This document shows, piece by piece, positions 52,446 to 64,000 of a stretch of 64,000 bases of DNA (positions are counted from its first letter, which is position 1; every line of letters starts with the position of its first letter). A program made the translations under genes and the position numbers. The DNA lies in assembly GCA_964247055.1 (NCBI GenBank), contig OZ176054.1:8866001-8930000 (forward strand), in the 5' to 3' direction. The DNA comes from Paragordius varius. Taxonomy: Eukaryota > Animalia > Nematomorpha. The notes under the pieces were generated by a model, which was not told the origin of the DNA, did not search any database, and worked only from the letters and a program-made list of their open reading frames with translations.

Positions 52446-53364
52446 TGAGTAAGGTTTTTATCTATAACACCATCATTCAAAAGCAACCTGGCCTTAAAGC
52501 AAATGTTACAATTTGTGGTATTTTTCTGCCCAGACATTATTGAAGTGTGTTTTTTATATACACCGCTGGATAGAGGGTTACCCCTATAATAATGCGCCGA
52601 ATTGGCTTTGAAATTTAAAAAACCTTCTGGGGCTTTTAAGGCTATAAAGGCTTGTGTTTCCTGAATAAGGAAAAAATATTGTTCACCGTATTTTTTCAAT
52701 TAGCCATGTGCAGGACTTCACCACATAAAATAAGGAGGTTTTGAAGCAATTTTTCAAAAACCAATGAGATTTTTTAAGCCCAATAATGTAGTTATTCAAT
52801 GCCTAATAAAAGCAGAAAATTTAGTTAAGCGCTTCTCTTATAACCTCTTGGGTCCCCATTCTATCGTAATTACTCCACCATATAATAATAGTGTAACTTC
52901 ACCATTCTTTGGATAACTATGAGACATGGCTTAATTTGAGCTTAGGTAATTTAAACGTATTAGTTCCGCGCTTTTATGAAATTAGTCGATGGGCAGAGAA
53001 TTCTCTTTAAAATAGGTCACCATCTAAATACCATGGCATTTTTCAAGAAAAACTATGAAAAAAAAATTGAATAGGAGTTTTCTATTTCAGGCAAAGGGAT
53101 TTTTTTAAATCTGCTAGTAACGACACCAATGAAAAAGGCGCCGCTGATTTTGTATAACTTTTTTATATAATTCTTTAGAATTAATTTTTATTTAAGAAAT
53201 TTAGAAGCACATATATTAATGCTTTGATTTATATTATTTATTATAAATATTAGCTTCAACTTGCCAGTTGCTGCATTTATTTATAAAGAATTTATTATTT
53301 GTATAGATTGAATTTTCAAAGTTTTAAAATCAAAAATAAAAATTGGGTCTGTGTCGATACCTCT

Positions 53365-56300
53365 ATGGCAGTATTTGGATATAATAATTATTTAGACTGA
53401 TCAATCTGTAAAGGTGGTAAACCCTATTAAAATAGTTGCTAAAGTTTTATCTTTTCCTACATCTTCGCAAGGTTTATATTTATTATATTACAGGCTTAAC
53501 TTATAATGTGCCAAAAACAACTATAAACCGAATTATAATTCCAAATTATCAATTTCAAAAAATAAATGGAGTAATATTTTTATATAAATTTAGAATTATA
53601 ATGTAAATGAAAAAATATTACCCACAACTTACAAACCTATAGCTCCTAATATACAAGTTGTTAATGCTTCTAATTTTAGGCTTATAATGTATATAAACAA
53701 AATATTACCAATTATCCTACTGTAAATTATGATATTCCCTGCAGCAATGAGATAGATATTGATATAACTCCTGCACAAGAACTTACTAACCCAATAATAT
53801 TATCACCAAATACTCAAGTACTTTACTGTATAATATATTTAGTTATACCAAACTAATTATAACAACACACTCAAGGGTAAAAAGCGTTGCAATTGCACGA
53901 AATCTCAATGTTTGAAATTGTATGCGATTTATATCTATAGTTAGGTACTGTGAATGTTTTGCCAATGGAGAATTTTGTGGAAATTGCAACTGTAATAATT
54001 GTAGCAATAACATAGCCAACGAAGATGAACGCAAAAAGGCTATTAAATCAATCTTAGAACGAAATCCTTTAGCTTTTCATCCAAAAATCGGTAATAGATT
54101 TAGTATGTATCATAAATTTTGACTCGTGTTTAGCAATCGGTAAATATAAAAAATAAATAGTTGGTAAAATTCTCCATAATCTTATATATATAAGTCTAAT
54201 ATACAGTGCTATAATAACCAAAGTTGAAAATACTTTTAATATCTGCATCAGATTTTTTTTTGTAAAAAGCGAAAAATTGGATTTCATGCTAGGTTAAACA
54301 AATTTTCTTATGATATGCTTTAGTTTTGTCTATCTAAAAAATTTACAGTCGTGTAAACTTTATTTTATCAAAAATTTACTTTTTTTCTCTAACACTTCAA
54401 TTCAAATTGGGGTATCCAAATACCCTAGACTTAATTAAAGTTAGTATTTTTAAAAAAATTGAAGGAAACGGTTCCAATTTAAATTTATGCTTTTATCCTA
54501 ATAAAAATTATATAGATAAGCCAAAATAAAAGTTCCATGTCAAACTATTTCAACGCCATTTTTATTTTACAAAATTTTTGCAAAATATTGTCTTCATGTA
54601 ATTTTAAAGGTAAAATTAAAGCTAATTTTTTATTTAAATTATATTTAACATTGATAGAAGTAGAAAAAATGTTTGTGTTATTTTTCAATTTTATTATTGC
54701 AGGCACGTTGACTAAATTTTTACGTTTAAGTTTTAGCTTAAAATAAGTAATCAAGTATTTTTGAAAGAAATCTTTTATATATTTTGGCTTATTAATGTTA
54801 TATAAGTGCAAAATTTTGACATGGTTTCGATTCCTTCCCCATTTTTCAAAGCATTTAATTTTAAACAGGCCTGGGGTATCCAACTAACCCAATTTGAATC
54901 GAAGGACTAAAATGAATGTGTTGTATCCAAGTGTTAAATGGGTATAAATATTTGGTAAAGAATGGAAAAACAAGAGCTCTATGGTATCAACCATTTTATT
55001 AAAAGAGTAAAAGAATGGGGGAAGGGCGTCGGAAATCTTTGGTAAAAAATGGAAATACACTAACATCTAACCCTTCACTTAAAATTATTGTATTAAAAGT
55101 ATGGAAAATCGTAATTTTTAGTCAATTATAATTTTTTTGTTTTGATATAGGAACGATTTTAAAAGGGATATTCACCATAGATGCTATATTAAATAATCAA
55201 TTTAATCCAATTTCGTAGGATGTAACCCTGGTATTGCGGGTATTTTTTTCCTTTATAATGTTAGATTCATATGTCGACGCTGGTATAAGACAGACACAAA
55301 CTATTGTGCCCGGCAACGATGGTTTTTTATTTAGATTTTAGGTGTTAATGAGATCGACGGGAATGAATTGATAATAGAGACTTGTCCTGGTGTCCTTGAT
55401 GGTTTTTTTTCCTTTTGTTAGATTCGGATTATGTTGAAAATATAAGACCCACACAAAATATTGTGCCTGGCAACGATGGTTTTTTTTTCATTTAGACTTT
55501 AGATATTAATGAAATCGGGAATGAAAATATGACAACCATTAAACGGTGGGGAAAAAGGAAAACTACCGTTTTTGTTAATTTTAGAAAATCATTTTTGGTC
55601 AGATGAAAAAAAGTCTAAGGCCAACAAAATTTTCGGTAATCCCAGAAATTATAAATTATTGTCTCGTCATTTTGTAGATGATTTAGACATGTCTGTAAGT
55701 TCCATAAATGCTATGAGACGAAGCATGACTCTGGGAATAGAGAAAGAGCCATTGAAAAAGGGTAGGAAAACGGAAAGCAATGAAGGTCTTAGGCAGGTCA
55801 AAACAATCCTCGATAGTGATTGTAAATTGACTGTCGATATTCTCAATAAATTACCTACAGAATTTTTAATTGATGTTGCTTTAAAAAACTAAGGTTGGAG
55901 AATGAAAACAATTTTAACCATCATTTATTGTAAGTATCAGAGACGATTTTGTTTTTCTTTGATCGCACAGTACGATATAAAAATAAATTCCAGATATATC
56001 TTGCTTTTTTAAAACAATTATTATAGAAAAAAACATTCAATAGGGCTAAGTGGTAAACTGGTATGTATGTATATATATATGATTTCATTGTAAATTTCCC
56101 AAATAGAGCATTAAGGATACTCATTCAGTTCGATAATATTTTTTCATAAACGCAAATAATTCATATCCTTATATTTTGTTTGTTATATGTTTGTTTTATT
56201 TATGTGATATCCTATTAAATAAATTATGATAAATATTTTTTTACCTATACATAAAAATCTATATTTAAGTGGTTAATTTGCTTTGTTTAACACTAGGATA

Positions 56301-58406
56301 CAACACATTCATTTTTAAGCTAAAACCGAAAGATAAAAATTTAGTCAACGTGACATGTGTGCAATGGTAAAACTGAAAAATAACACAAAATAAATCGCTT
56401 TTTCTATTTCTATCAATGTTAGATGTGATTAAAATAAAAAATTAGCTTTAATTTACCCTTAACACTAAATGAAGACGACATTTTGCAAATATTTTGTAAA
56501 ATAAAAATGGCGTCGAAGTAGTTTGACATGGAACTTTTTTTCAAAAGGCATATTTATATAATTTTTATTAGGAAAGAAGCATAAATTTAAATTGGGACCG
56601 TTTTTTTCACTAATTTTTTAAAAATCCTAACTCAAATTTAGTCTGAGGTATATTTAGATACCCCAAATTGAATCTAGGTGTTAAATAAAAATTTTATCAA
56701 AAAAAAATTATATATAAAATTTTGCTAAAAAATTAACAAAAATATTACCATTCCCATTTAACAATATTTTAATATTTTCATTTTTTACCAAAGATTTCCG
56801 ACGCCCTTCCCCCACACTTTTTTAACTCTTTTAATGAATATGATATGGTTAATACCATAGAGCTCTTGTTTTTCTATTTTTTACCAAATATTTATACCCA
56901 TTTAACGAAAAAAAGTAATAGTTTGATAATATAAAATGTACATGACTGTAATAAACCAAGTTTATATTCACCACATGCGTTTTTATATTTAACTGGATAT
57001 AACATTACTTAGGTAAGAACACCGGAGAAAACGAGCGCACACATTGCAAAGGCTGTAATTGCCGGAGATCGGGATGTTTAAAGAATTATTGCGAGTGTTA
57101 TGAAGTACTATTTAATCTATTACTGTATCATCCAAACAATATATTTTTAAAAAAACATAAATGGGAATGCACTAATTTATACACCTCACTCACATTATAA
57201 TTTTGGTCTTTCCATTTTATGACAAAATTTGAAAAAAACTTTTTGTTATTATAAGCCAGGAATGTCTAAAACATTCGAATAGCTATCTGCGGCCCGCGAA
57301 AAAATAAAATTGCTAAATAAATACGAATCCTGCAATTTGCATAAATATGATAAAATCTAAAAATTGACATTTCTTAAAAAGTTTCATTTGGCAACGAAAA
57401 ATATTGGTGTTACAGTCTTATTATTGAAATATTTGAAATTCCAGATCTTCATAAGCAATAATGCAATCATTTTATAAAACAAATAGAAAAAGTATGGGAG
57501 ATACCTTTATTTTTTATCAATATAAGTAAAAAATTAATGCATTTTCGGGTAATTTAATTTTTCTATTTGTTTTTTATAAGGTAACATGTTGAGTTTACGA
57601 TATATTTTACATGAAAAATGAATATTTTTTTGCCAATTTTATTTATTGAGGCAGATTTTGAAACTGTTTAAATGAAGTCTGGATCCATTCGTTTTGTAAT
57701 CGGTTTTTTCAAAATCCTTTTATGTCGCGTTTAAATTTATTTTTAAAAATATTAATCACGAATTAATTAAGGGCGATCACCCATTTTATTCATTATTTAT
57801 TTGATTTATTACACATTATCCGTGTTTGTTGACAACTTATAATTAATGAACATCTATAGTTATATTTGAATATATAAAAACACATAATATTTTATTTGTT
57901 CTAATACATTTTATTTAATGTTTACTTACCATTCTTTCAATATGTACTTTTAAAATTTTCTCTAGGAGTATTTAATTATCACATATTTTTCAGGCCAAAA
58001 TTGCTTGTTCAAACAATTGTAAATGCATCGGCTGCAAAAACTGTGAGGAAAATGATCCCAAACGCTCGTTTCTCTTTAATAGTCGATCATTTTTGTTCAA
58101 GGGTTTGAATCCAATAATGGCAAACACAGCCAACTCTTATTACCCGCAAAGTATATTGTCACCTCAATCATCATTAAATGATGGCATGGAGTCTCAAAAA
58201 GCTAGTGGCACAAGTAGTTATTATTAGTTTCATGATTATATCTGCGACATAATATATAACGTACTCTCATTTTTCTACCCTTTTATGCAGATAATTAGAT
58301 TGTAATTCAAAAAGCGCGTTACAAAATGTTTTTTAGGTTTGAGATGCGAATAACACGCATTTATATACCCCACTAATAATGTTTCATTGGCAGTTATTCA
58401 CTAAGC

Positions 58407-58459
<53 letters not shown>

Positions 58460-59158
58460 CTTAAATTTGGCGGATTATGATAAGTAATAATTAGCCTGGA
58501 AACAGAAACAACTGAATCAAAATTATTTAGCATTTGCCTAAAAAATTTTATACATATATTAAGGAATGGTTAATGTTTTCAATATATTATATTTATTGCA
58601 AAGCGATAACAAAATTCGTTAATATTATCATTCTTTTAATAGTTGTCACCTTTGATTGATAAATAACCCCGATATAATGACACAAATTTGCTTTTAAAAT
58701 ATAATTTGAATATTATAAACGATATTTATTGGTATAAAAAATAAATCATTCACGAAATAATTTAGCACTATGTGCGCTATTCACCCGCTCTACTCCGAAA
58801 TCATCGTCGAAATTGCATTTTTTTATCAGGATATATATATATATTTCGTCAGATATTTTGTTTGCACCATATAATATTTAATCCTAAAATGTTTATAATT
58901 TAAATATTTTTAACTTATTCCATGAATTCAAAAATATCATAGGTTTTATTTTTACATTTATTTATGGTTAAATTAATAGATAAAATAATTCAATTAGTTA
59001 TAGATTTAAATACCCCATACGCCAGACCTCTTATTTTAACAACATCGAAAGCAGAAGATTATTCATCAGATAGCTTTTCATTAATGCCTAAACACCAGGA
59101 TAAATTGGAAATCATTAATGCACCTATCATTAAATCCAACCTAAGGTATGATAAAAAT

Positions 59159-59196
<38 letters not shown>

Positions 59197-60644
59197 TAGC
59201 ATGAAAATATTTTTTCTTAAAATTTCATCATATTTATCAAAAACTTATATTAATAAAGGTTTGCGTTTGATCGGTCAATAATTGCTCATCTTCTATTTTA
59301 CATTTGTGGATCAATTTTTCTGACCGGTCAAAAGATAAATCAGTTATACATTTTACTAACTTGTTTACCATTTTAGATCGCTGGCATTTGAATTTCCCTT
59401 CCAAATCATTACGGATGAAATTATAGAAGCAATAATTTTATGCATGTTGACCCAGTTACACGAAATTTTAACCAAGAAACCCGATATTGATACACATTTG
59501 ATAGAAAAGGTCCTAACCTTTGAATATGGTCAATGTTTATTACGTATCATCAAGGTTATAAAGAACACTCAAGATAATTTTGTTATGGACGACAATCAAA
59601 AAAATTCGAATGCATCATCCATTATTATGGAGGGGGAGAATATGACAAATGAAAAAGTTTCCGATATTAGTAATGGTATTTCACACGAAAATGAAGGTTC
59701 ATTACATGATTCCGATACCATGAATGTGAAAATTGAACAAGGTATTAGTTTAATTTTAGGGATTATAACGAAATTATTAACTTTTTTGGGATTGTCAAGG
59801 CTCTTAAAACGGTTCATTGGGCTAACGATAACTTTAAAAAATGGAAGCAAAATCACAACCAACCATTTTTTACAAAAACCAATTTTTTCGGAAATTGTTT
59901 TTTGAATAGTGGAATATAAACCAGTGTTAAAAATTGAATAACTTTATAAAAATTTCCTTATATGTGGTTTTTACATACATAATCGTTATGATTGACTAAT
60001 TTGATTACAAATCATATATGTTAAATATAGGCAACAATAATTCAAATTTTATGTATTTTAATTTTTATATGCGTTATTAAATTTTTGTTTAGATATGGTC
60101 CATTTTCGCAAAAATCTGCTATTAATATTTGATCTTATAAAGTCTTTTGCAATATATCTTTTGTTTTATTAGAATAGATAAAGCAATATAATCTCACATC
60201 TTAAATGGATACTTTTTAAGCGTTCAAAGTAAATTAAAGTGACAATAGTTCATATTACCATTAATTTAATTTATAAAGTTAAATTTTATTATCAAAAAAT
60301 ATTATTAAAATTTTTGGTTTTCATATGAATAAATCACACTCTTTGACTTTTTTATAAACATGAATTAATGTATGTCATTCCTAACGTATAAATTATATTA
60401 CAAAATATATTTAGATTTAGACGATGTCGCCGCTTTCAATAATAAAGAGCCAAAAAGAATTAATTTGACAGAGTGTGATGTGCCTAAAGGAGAACCCTGT
60501 ATGGCAAGTAACACTAGTAAGCGTCCAAGAAAACCGAAAAATTATTCTAAAGATTTTTTATATTACGATACCACTAGTGTAGATTCATTTAATTGTGATA
60601 CAACGCCACAACAACAATTGACTGCTTGTAATAATATACTTTAA
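53365..60644 (+). CDS. LIN54: LIN54/tesmin-family CXC-hinge-CXC protein (DREAM/MuvB subunit)
   Basis: Exons 53365-53370, 53396-53471, 53494-53570, 53594-53656, 53680-53817, 53843-53919, 53945-54090, 57013-57104, 57994-58213, 59004-59145, 59377-59741 and 60415-60644. Motifs: [59 protein letters not shown] and [18 protein letters not shown]. The start may lie further upstream. Confidence 0.92.
54389..54937. mobile_element. TTAA piggyBac-like MITE, family A, in a LIN54 intron
   Basis: ctaa-cacttcaattcaaattggggtat ... gtatccaagtg-ttaa. Confidence 0.85.
55243..55525. repeat. Two ~160-bp-spaced direct repeats inside the 54934-56905 element
   Basis: tataagac..acacaaa.tattgtgcc.ggcaacgatggtttttt..tttaga.tttag.t.ttaatga occurs twice. 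Confidence 0.75.
56287..56684. mobile_element. Internally deleted family-A MITE nested in the 54934-56905 element
   Basis: ttaa-cactaggatacaacacattc|aagctaaaaccgaaag ... ataccccaaattgaatctaggtg-ttaa; about 190 bp is missing relative to full copies. Confidence 0.8.
58409..58453. repeat. (TA)n microsatellite (others near 358, 11905, 22673, 35087, 44311, 46899, 59160)
   Basis: Direct inspection. Confidence 0.9.
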
Positions 60645-60837
60645 GGTGTAATGTATGTATCTCTTTTAGTAATAATTTGTTTCGAAATATACCCAAACGC
60701 AAAATTCAAAAATATTGTAATAAAATCAACATGAGGGTATATAATCATGCATGCATTTCCATGATTTTTTTCCTTAAAACAATTTACCAATTACCACCTT
60801 CGACAAACATATATATATATATATATGTATAAATAAA

Positions 60838-63730
60838 TTATAATTTATTTTTTAATGTATTTCCCTTTGATGTGAACGGTTTAAAGGATTCATCTTTCTG
60901 AAAAATAGAGATAAAAATATATGTTTACCTTAACAACTTCCGACTTTTTCAAATTTCCTCTAAAAAATACCAATTTGTTGAAACTAAAATCATAATCTGG
61001 TTGGATGCTACATATACCCGATAAATTAATCTAAATTACCAATTAGTGTTAGCTTTTAAGGGTATAATTTTGTGATTTTTACCATCAATCCTATATCCAG
61101 ATCCAACAAAGGGCTAAAAGTTTAAAAAAAATTAGAAGTTTACCGTAAAATTTTTTGTGGCATCTTGGGAAGTTGATTCATTTTCAAAATCTTCATCTAT
61201 GCTATCACTTTCTTCTGTTTCGCCTTTTTCTTTATAACCAACTGGTGCAGCAAATTCAACCTGTTAACACATATAAAATTTACATGCAGACTATTTTTAT
61301 GCAATTTATTTATCGTGTTATATATGCCCCCATGAAGTTTTTATCATTATTTTCCCCGAGTATTTATATTTACCAATGTAAACTGTGAAGAGTGCTCAAA
61401 TGTTATTATAGGTTAAACCTTATTTTACATTAACTATTCAATGATACATTCTGAGCCATTTATAAATGTTTTTTCAATAAATCATTATTATTTAAACCCG
61501 ATCTGACCGCATTGCATTTATAATCATAACAAGTCATCATACGACAAATGTATATACCAAACAAACTTTAACCGTTCAATGCACGGGTTTCCAATACAAA
61601 TCGCTTTGCGGGAAGTATTGAAAAAAATATAACAAATGGGCACAAATATTTTATTATATTTTAATAATGAAACTGTAAAATAATTTACACTTACGATATA
61701 TTTATTAATTATTTAAATTTTAAAAGTAAATTGTTAAATCCGTAAGATAATGTTAGACAAAAATTGAATGGAAAATTAATCAAAGATTACGTTTATAAAC
61801 TGAAATTATAAATATGTGAATATTGCACAGTTGGATATATAAATATATATATATATGTATATACGAAATTGATATAATACTAAAATCAAATAGTTATGTC
61901 GCATTGATGAATGCTAACAAGCACGAAACTAGTCTGCGATTACTATTGACATATCATTTATAATTTCCTTTTAAAAATATAATTTTCAATTTTTAATTTT
62001 CGTTTAACATTATCTTTCGGTTTTAACAACTGTCATTATTTTCAGGTTCATTCCTTTGACCAAATTTGGTAATACATTCAGATTTGCCTACATTTTATGG
62101 TTAACATTCGGATACAACATATTTATTTCAATCATCCGATTCAAATTGTTTAAAATCAAATATTCCAAATAAATATGGAATAAATTGGAACCATGGCATA
62201 AAACATTGATGCACAGAAAGATAATTGAACAATCATTTAAAAAACTTTATATTATTTATTTTATGGATAAACCTCTATGTAAAAATTTGGTCAATATGCA
62301 ATGTGTACATTAGCTAAATATATAATGCAATATAAACCACAAACTTAAACGTGATTTAAATAAAAAATTAGCTTTAATATTAGCGTTAAAATCAAATAAA
62401 CACGATATTTTGCAAAAATTATGCATAAAAATAGCGTCAAAGTAGTTAACATGGAACTGGGATGATAATAATATAATTTTAGCGTTAGAATCAATATACA
62501 AGATATTTTATATAAATGATGTAAAATAAAAATGGCATTGAAGTAGTTTGATATGAGACATTTTTTAAAATAATTTATTAATATATTTTGGCTTATTTAT
62601 ATAATTTAATTAGGATAGAAGCATAAGTATCAAAAACGGTTGTTTCAGTACTTTTAAAAATATTAACCTAAATATAATCTGAAGTCCCTAGACACCCAAA
62701 TTTGAATCCAAGGGTGAAAGTAAATTATAATTATAATTGCAAGATAATTACTTTAAAATATTATCTATATTAGTTTTTTCAAATTTTTCGCAGGCCTTAA
62801 AATTTTTTTAAACGGCCGCATGTTGTGCAACCCCTGATTTAATGGTTTTAAATGTTTGCAAAAATATATGGATGATCACACTTTATAACATATATAATTT
62901 TTTATCTTTATTTATTTTAAAACTTACGGTCATAAATACATGGTAAAACCCAACCCTAGTGAAAATTGCCAAAACAGCTAATTTTATAATGGTAAAATAT
63001 GGTCAATATTGGATATTGCTTTAAAAGGTAAAAAGTTTGATTTTAACGTTATTCACTAAGTTTAAAATTAAGATAAACTAGAAACTTACATTCATGTCAC
63101 ACTCAATTATTGATACAGCCTTACCTGGCTTTGTTTCCAAAACCAGGAGTTCATATACTTCATCGTTATATTCGATTGCTAAAATATCACCAGTTGTTAG
63201 ACAAGCAAAATTTCTTAGGGCGTTTTCCAATCTTATATATAATAGGCAAAATATTACAATGCTTTGTGGTTAGATATATCTAAAAAATCTATAGATTGCG
63301 GTTGAAATTTTGAATAAACAGCTATAGGAAGAGTAACATATTCAACTGATAAAATATTCCCCTCTTCGAGTAATAAATTACGCATCATCTATAAATTAAT
63401 ATTGATCTACCCAATGAGGTAAATATATAGATCCTTCATCAGCTACAAATTCTAAAACTCCACAATGAGTAATTCTATTTGTTTTAGTATTTGTCAATTT
63501 AAATAACATTGGATATTCAACATTTAATCGTGTTAAATGGCTTAAAGCCGATGGTGGCATAATTACTAAAATATATATAATCAATACTTTTTCCACCGCG
63601 ATCAATATCTTGCCGTTCATTTCCGGGAAGCAAACTCACAGAATAGCATTTATATTGCACCTTAAATGGCCCACTTAAATAATCAGAGAAAATATTAAAA
63701 CTAAACTAAAATTTAAACGATTTTTACCAT
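60838..63730 (-). CDS. UFD1: Ubiquitin fusion degradation protein UFD1 (p97/Cdc48 cofactor), 9 exons
   Basis: Exons 63730-63728, 63705-63588, 63565-63411, 63388-63258, 63231-63090, 61260-61144, 61113-61040, 61007-60929 and 60897-60838. They give [97 protein letters not shown]. Confidence 0.95.
62101..62716. mobile_element. Diverged family-A MITE in the UFD1 long intron
   Basis: ttaacattcggatacaacat...ccgattcaaattg ... gacacccaaatttgaatccaagggtg; the interior is colinear with other copies and carries a partial duplication. Confidence 0.6.
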
Positions 63731-64000
63731 TTATCATGCGTAAAACTTGAATGCGTTAGGTTCAAGTCATCTCATTAGGATCTGTCATATTAAAATTTCG
63801 GAAAATTGATATCATTTAACACTTCATGACCTTTTAAGTCAGATTTGAATTTGAATATCTTAAAATGTTTTTAAGGTGGCCGAATTTAAAAATATGCTTT
63901 TTTATTAGGCGCATAATACAAAATCTTTTTTAAAAAAATTGCATTTTTTATCTCAAATTTTTTCGCCACCATTTTTTTTAAATTTTTAAATAGCTAATCC

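Larger units (their letters stand above)
54934..56905 (+). mobile_element. ~2-kb TIR element with ~130-bp inverted ends and a transposase-like HTH fragment (55572-55892)
   Basis: ttaaatgggtataaatatttggtaaa...gagctctatggt...gaagggcgtcggaaatctttggtaaaaaatg (54934-55060) is inverted at 56775-56905. The internal ORF ...[37 protein letters not shown] looks like an IS630/Tc1-type N-terminus (inference). Confidence 0.7.

Noticed and set aside
8643-62501. Similar short ORFs at 8643, 8815, 52017, 54537, 54545 and 62310 as a gene family
   Set aside because: All lie within copies of the family-A MITE, on either strand, with inconsistent starts and stops and no recognisable domain.
1-64000. tRNA, rRNA, snRNA genes or prokaryotic systems
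   Set aside because: No cloverleaf, rRNA-like or snRNA-like sequence was recognised by eye; a covariance-model scan (Rfam, tRNAscan) would be needed to exclude small ncRNAs.

Overview
Very AT-rich eukaryotic, animal-type genomic DNA; the taxon cannot be determined from this window. I reconstructed eight protein-coding genes by hand across GT-AG introns: two convergent Ctr/SLC31 copper transporters, METTL18/HPM1 (-), PRP4/PRPF4 (+), DNA polymerase kappa (+), a RASEF/Rab45-type EF-hand Rab GTPase (-), LIN54 (+) and UFD1 (-). Intergenic DNA and long introns are full of transposon relics: a Gypsy element joined to an RTE-like LINE, a hAT-Blackjack-like element with an 8-bp TSD, seven TTAA piggyBac-like MITEs, foldback inverted repeats and degenerate satellites. 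The standout signal is a class of ultra-short spliceosomal introns. At least 16 GT-AG introns of 21-32 nt occur in PRP4, POLK, LIN54 and UFD1, 13 of them 21-27 nt. Most must be removed to restore conserved protein motifs, and they share genes with introns of 50 nt to about 2.9 kb. All family assignments come from recalled motifs, not database searches.
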